A DNA stretch of 64,000 bases from Eukaryota sp. GEM-RC1 (lineage: Eukaryota): positions 2,046,001 through 2,110,000 of the forward strand of contig JAUFOQ010000016.1 in assembly GCA_040285855.1 (NCBI GenBank), read 5' to 3'. The notes under the pieces are model-generated. The model was not told the DNA's origin. It did not search any database and saw only the letters and a list, made by a program, of their open reading frames with translations. A program made the position numbers and the translations under genes. Positions 58,783 through 64,000 of this stretch are shown one piece after another. The first letter of the stretch is position 1. Every line of letters begins with the position of its first letter.

Positions 58783-60000
58783 CAGGGATACCGAAAAATA
58801 TATTGCAATTATATTGCAAGAATATTTAATTGCAATAAATATATTGCGTTTTGGCAATATTGCAATAAATATATTGCGTTTTGGCAATATTGCAATAAAT
58901 ATATTGCAGATTCAGAAACTTGCAATAAATATGGCAATATATTGCAATATTGCACATAGCTAAAAACTCAAAATTCTTCCCAAATTCAGCTGCTACATTT
59001 AGTTTTGACAGCTTCCGCTGTTTGTGTGTTAGTGAACACCACATTTCTTGGTGTTTTCACACCACTTCTCATCCTACATACATCATGAACTCCCCATATA
59101 ACATACTGTTGGTCTCGATGTTGGTTTTAGGACTTTTGGTCAATTCATCAAGAGATATGATCTACAGAGCAGTCCGCACTTAATGTATCCAGCCGTGTTC
59201 CGCTGATGTACATATTTTTTCTATGATTCAAACTCAAAGAAGCCACATATCAGTTGAATCTTGATGATGTACTATTGCTTATGCTTCTCAAGTTCATCAT
59301 TTCTAAATAGTAGCTCATATAAACTAAGATGTAGCTGTTTTATCAGTTCAATACGACTTAATGTCAACAGTCTACAGGTCAGATACATACAGAACTTGTC
59401 AAACAATTACCAAATGAAGTTACTTCTACCCTTGATTATAAAGATGGGCTTACAACCATATAGTAAGAACTTTTCTGTCGTTTGAATTCGATTTTATCAA
59501 CAAGTCAGTTTATAACGGCTCAGAAGTTGATTTTCTAGTGAAGGAACATACAGTAGATGAACAACAAAAATAATTTTTTGAAAAGGAAACATTGTAAGGA
59601 ATTACACTTGGGTGAGGGAGTAGACATATGAAAGTGCTTAAATTCAACTCATAGATGACACTTATGTCATGTTGAAACAGTTTGTTTGGATTTAGTCTTA
59701 GTATTGTTTGTTGCTTTTTTCAATTTCATAGTTTGGTAGGATGGTTACCTTATTGGGTACCGAATAGAGTAAGTTTTGAAATAATTCAGTGTAGTTACAA
59801 CAACTGTAGGCTGTTGGCTATTGAATCAATGTCTCCACGAACTTTCAAAGTTGTTTGAAAATGACGACATAAGTATTGCAATATATTGCAATACATTGGA
59901 ATATATTGCAACATTCTCATAATTGCAATAAATATATTGGTACAAAGAACCGTGAACAATAAATATATATTGCAATACAATATATTTTTCGGTATCCCTG
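58783..60000. mobile_element. non-autonomous hAT-type element, 1218 bp
   Basis: 23-bp TIR CAGGGATACCGAAAAATATATTG; perfect TSD CAGCATTT (58775-58782, 60001-60008); carries a family-A retroelement 3' scrap at about 59680-59768. Confidence 0.95.
58830..58908. repeat. 30-bp subterminal tandem repeat (about 2.6 copies)
   Basis: TTGCAATAAATATATTGCGTTTTGGCAATA units. Confidence 0.9.
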
Positions 60001-60078
60001 CAGCATTTTAACTTGAAAAAATAGTAGGTCGTTAGTTAGTTTCAGATCATTGTTAGAATTTTTCCTCAAATTTTTTTG

Positions 60079-61356
60079 ATGGACAGCGTTGCACTTCCTT
60101 CTATTGCCTCAACACTCATTGGTGTTCCAAATAAACGTCTTGGACTTACTACCACATCACCTGATGCTAAAACTCAACGTGAAGGAACTCAAGTCTCTTC
60201 CCATTCACTTAATCATTTACCTGTTATATTTATTTGTAATTCTGAACTACTAAAGCATGGGGATAATCCTGTGGTCAACAAAGACCGTCTCCGATACCTA
60301 TGGGATTTAGCATCTAACTATGACCTACTTGAAAAATTGTCTATTGTTTCACCTCAACCAGCTTCATTTGAGGATCTCATACAATTCCACTCTTCTGAAT
60401 ATGTGAATGCCCTTCGGTACTTTTCAATAGATCAATATGCTGCACTTGGACCTTCTCTCACTATGGAGGTTCTTGCAGCTTTTGGGTTAGTAGAACCTGA
60501 TTGTGCTCCTTTTCCTGGCCTCTATGAACATGCATCGTGGGTGGGTGGTGCTTCTATCACAGCAGCTCGATTATTGTGTGAAGATGCTGCCAGAGTAGCA
60601 ATTAACTTCTCTGGGGGTAGACATCATGCAAAAAGAGACATGGCAGGTGGATACTGTTTTGTTGGAGATATACCATTAGCCATATTTGAACTACGTAAAC
60701 GTTTCAAACGAGTGATGTATATTGATGTTGACGTTCATCATGGTGATGGAGTTGAAGAAACATTCGAAAGAGATCCCTCAGTTATGACAATATCTCTACA
60801 TAAGTACGGTCAAGGGTTCTATCCTACTACCGGAGCTCTTAAGGACGTGGGGACTGGTCCTGGTAAGTACACTTCTGTCAATGTGCCGCTACATGATGGA
60901 ATGGATGATGACTCCTACTGGACGGTGTTCACGGCTGTAGTAGACGCTTCGTTTAACCAATTCAAGCCCGGCGCTATTGTCATCCAATGTGGAACTGATA
61001 CTCTAACGAAAGATCCGATTGGTACGTTTTCACTCTCGGTTTATGGCTTGGCGAAGTGTATTGACTATGTCATGAGGCTACCAGTCCATGTATTGGCGTT
61101 GGGTGGAGGGGGTTACTCAAATCCCAATGCTGCACGTCTGTGGACTCAAATTCTTGCATTTGCTACTGAATCCGCTCCTTTGCCTGTAGATATTCCAGAG
61201 CATCAACGGTTCATGGAATATAGTCCAAACTTCATGCTTCAGGTTGAACCATGTCTCTCTGAGGTTAACCACAATACTGAGACTTATTTAAATAGTATCA
61301 CCTCTAAGATTGTGAGTCGACTGAAGAGGTTACCTAATTTTGAGAAGTATGAGTAA
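60079..61356 (+). CDS. class I (RPD3-like) histone deacetylase
   Basis: QFHSSEY, DCAPFPGL, GGRHHAK, YIDVDVHHGDGVE, SLHKY, NVPL.DG, QCGTD, GGGGY. Confidence 0.95.
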   Translation: MDSVALPSIASTLIGVPNKRLGLTTTSPDAKTQREGTQVSSHSLNHLPVIFICNSELLKHGDNPVVNKDRLRYLWDLASNYDLLEKLSIVSPQPASFEDLIQFHSSEYVNALRYFSIDQYAALGPSLTMEVLAAFGLVEPDCAPFPGLYEHASWVGGASITAARLLCEDAARVAINFSGGRHHAKRDMAGGYCFVGDIPLAIFELRKRFKRVMYIDVDVHHGDGVEETFERDPSVMTISLHKYGQGFYPTTGALKDVGTGPGKYTSVNVPLHDGMDDDSYWTVFTAVVDASFNQFKPGAIVIQCGTDTLTKDPIGTFSLSVYGLAKCIDYVMRLPVHVLALGGGGYSNPNAARLWTQILAFATESAPLPVDIPEHQRFMEYSPNFMLQVEPCLSEVNHNTETYLNSITSKIVSRLKRLPNFEKYE

Positions 61357-62076
61357 GTATCTTTAGTTTATATTTACGTCAGTGCATACAGGTTTTCCTG
61401 CGATGGCACTTTTTCCTAGTAGTTCATTTTTTGATGTATTTCCCCTTATACGAGCACGATTAAACCAAACATTTGGTTTGTATTTGTCGAGTTAATAATG
61501 TGCACATTTATTTAAGACTTTGGTAGTAGGGATCTTTTATTATGAGGATATGACAACAATACACCTATCTTTTCTACAGGAACAAAAGACCGTCATTTTC
61601 TTACGAATTTTGATTCTAGATTGAGCACACTAAGAAACTCTCTCGTATGATTAAACAGCTATCGTCTGGTCCTAATCCAAGATTCACAAGTGGAGTGTTG
61701 TTTTAATTTTTGTATTTGATCGCAATTTTGGGAATTTCTGGAATACTATAAATTCCTCAAACAAGAATCAATAAAGTTACACCGTTTAAGTGTATGATAG
61801 TCGACAGGGAAGAACCCAAATTGATTAATAGACCTTGTTGAATTTAGCTGCCGTAAATGAAACCTTTTCAAATTGATTAATTGGCTTGAATTAATCGTGT
61901 CCATCAAATATGTCTAGTTTCTACCTTTACTTCTTCGTGTTTGTTTTGTGTTCCGAACTTAAGTTCCCAAAAATTAATTGTTTGAGAGCAAACTCTGTGA
62001 TATTTAGTCTAAATAATTTGAACCAAGACTGACCTGACCTACTACTACATGTAGTACATGTACATAGTTTGACAAA

Positions 62077-62531
62077 CTTTATTCGGTACCTAATAAGGTA
62101 ACCTTCCTACAAACTATGAAATTGTAAAAACAAACAAATAAGATTAAATCCAAACGAAATCATCACCACCCGGTAAAAGATTACGTTTTTCAACATTGAC
62201 CTTCACACCAAACTTGTACAATTTCTCAATTAATCTAGAGAAATAGAAAGACATATTCTGAAATATGCAAAACACTATACTGTTTTTCCATTCAGCCATT
62301 CTAAACTTACGCTTCTTTTCTTTACACAGTTCTTCGAAATTCTTGAAAAAGTGATCACCAGCAGGACTAATCGATCCAAAAACAGAAACAACAAAGGTTG
62401 AAACACAAGTTTGGAATAGGAGTTTCGATTTAATTCTTCAACTTGAAAGTCATACTTGGAGTGTTTGTGCTTTCCAGCAGCTGTTAACGGATTAAAAGAA
62501 GAATCTACTAGTAATATCCTACTAACACATC
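62077..62531 (-). mobile_element. CRE-like 3' fragment (family A)
   Basis: Reverse complement of about 50222-50676. Confidence 0.88.
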
Positions 62532-62573
62532 TCAGATGTTCATTGTAGACTGAATTTTCTTCTCTTCCTCAAC

Positions 62574-63393
62574 ATGAGCCTCGATACCGTCAATCAACTT
62601 ATTCTCGATCTTGAGACCCAAATGAAGATCAATCCTAAGCAGGGTCGTTTGATGGACAAATGTGGATATGTCATGACAAAACCATATGAGAAACATTGTC
62701 CTATCTGTCTGATCCGATCCTATAAGACTCAAAAACTCCCACCACCAGTCAGCATGACTCCTCTTGATCTCAACGCTATTGCTGCTGAAGGCGAAAAACG
62801 CCGCAATGCCCAAGCAAAGGCGAAAGCCGAAGCTCCTCCAGCCGAATCTCAACCCAAACAGGAGAAAAAAGCCCAAAAAGGCTGCTCCTACTGAGTCTGA
62901 TCCCGATTTATTTGGCAAAGGCTTAATTGTTGTTGGAAAAGTCCTTGAGATCTCTGAAGTAGAAGGATCTGACAAGCTCATCCAAGGAGAGATTGACATT
63001 GGTATCGGAGAACCAAGACATGTCGTTGCCGGCCTTAAAGCATTCTTTGCTCCCGAAGACCTGGTCAACAAACGCCTTTTGGTTGCTGCTAATCTCAAGC
63101 CCGCTAAACTTGCCGGAATTCTCTCTGAAGTTATGATTTTGGCTGCCACTGGTGACGATGGAAGTGTAAAGTATATCACACCTCCTGAAGGTGCTAACGT
63201 TGGTGAACGTGCTTCTATTGAAGGTTTCCCACAGCTGGCTGAACCAGCAAAGAATTTGAACTCAAAACAATGGGGAAAGATTGTTGATCACCTACATGTT
63301 CAAAACGAAGTTGCAATGTTTAAAGAACACAAGATTCTAGTGAATGGAACGGAATGCGCTTGTCACGTCAACGATGGAGCGAAAATAAAATAG
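62574..63393 (+). CDS. Arc1/AIMP1(EMAPII)-like tRNA-binding OB-fold protein; extra A at 62865-62870
   Basis: VGKVLEI..VEGSDKL...IDIGIGEPRHVVAGL...NLKPAKLAGILSEVMILAA...PPEGANVGER; deleting one A gives the linker QEKKPKKAAPTES. Confidence 0.88.
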
Positions 63394-63449
63394 AGATAAT
63401 TTATTAAATACAGATGTCTTTTGTTTTTCAAAATTTTAAATAATATACA

Positions 63450-64000
63450 CTATTGGTCAACTTTTCTTAGATAACTCGGTGGAACATACTTTGGTTCACC
63501 GATATCATTAATAGCTACAAACCAACCAGATCTCTCTCCAACAACCTCCACTAACTGAGCAGGGAGGAGGTTCATGTAGTGGCTAGCGGGAGCATCGAAC
63601 TTGTAGAGGGCTCGGTAAATGGTAGATGACGGAGGGGGTGGAGGTGGAGGAAGATCGTCAATAGAATCAGTGTTAGAAGGAAGACGTGACCGACTGTCAT
63701 CATTGATCTCTTCTTTAGTTTCTGGTTCTTTTATCACATCTGCTTTTACAATAGGTTCAGACTGCCTCTTTAACGTTTGTCTTTTTTAATAAAGGATTCT
63801 CAATCAATTCAGGTGAGCTCAATGGCCGATCAACTTCCGGCTCATTAACTTCATCTTCTACTTGTTCCACCTCCTCTACAAGTGGTTCCAACGCTTCATT
63901 CCCTGTGCCTGTAGCATCATTATCATCCACTTCCTCAGCCTGAACAGTCTTCTTTCCAGTCCTAAAGCTTGGAGCAGGGGGGAGGGGAGGATTGGACAGG
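63450..64000 (-). CDS. 3' part of a proline-rich protein with a C-terminal SH3 domain; frame change near 63782-63787; 5' end outside window
   Basis: Poly-Pro, then YRALYKFDA...L.L...EVV....GWF........YVPPSYL. Confidence 0.85.

Noticed and set aside
58800..58955. CRISPR-like or coding repeat (YCNKYIAFWQ ORFs)
   Set aside because: Head-to-tail repeats without unique spacers, located in the subterminal region of a TIR element in a eukaryotic genome.

Overview
A 64-kb window of an AT-rich, compact eukaryotic (protist) nuclear genome using the standard genetic code. It consists of tight islands of alternately oriented genes, with divergent spacers of about 20-80 bp, separated by transposon-rich tracts. 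Recognisable genes: VMA21, a KCTD-type BTB protein, PNGase, acid lipase, TPGS1, TRPC4AP, BCP1, a GtrA-like protein, FAM161, CenH3, CDT2, a CH-domain protein, CTL/SLC44, a GAR-domain protein, LTV1, class I HDAC, an Arc1-like tRNA-binding protein, an SH3 protein and tRNA-Lys(CTT). Four tiny introns (28-33 nt) share a fixed branch-point-to-AG spacing. This intron style, together with the centriole/flagellum genes, suggests a metamonad-like flagellate (inference only). Repeats include hAT-type MITEs with clean 8-bp TSDs (some nested), a TA-flanked MITE, Tc1/mariner-type excision footprints and many RT-less 3' fragments of CRE/SLACS-like RLE non-LTR retrotransposons. The main finding is a local family of shuffled poly(A)-binding-protein paralogs. 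One carries 8 RRMs in frame with eIF4G-type MIF4G+MA3 domains (disrupted). One is intact, with MLLE replaced by an eIF4E-binding-like motif and an RG-rich tail. One has two MLLE domains. Together they are candidate PABP-eIF4G 'closed-loop' chimeras. A divergent VDAC/Tom40-like beta-barrel gene is also notable. Many genes carry single-base homopolymer indels, most likely assembly errors. All protein family calls are by eye, not by database search.
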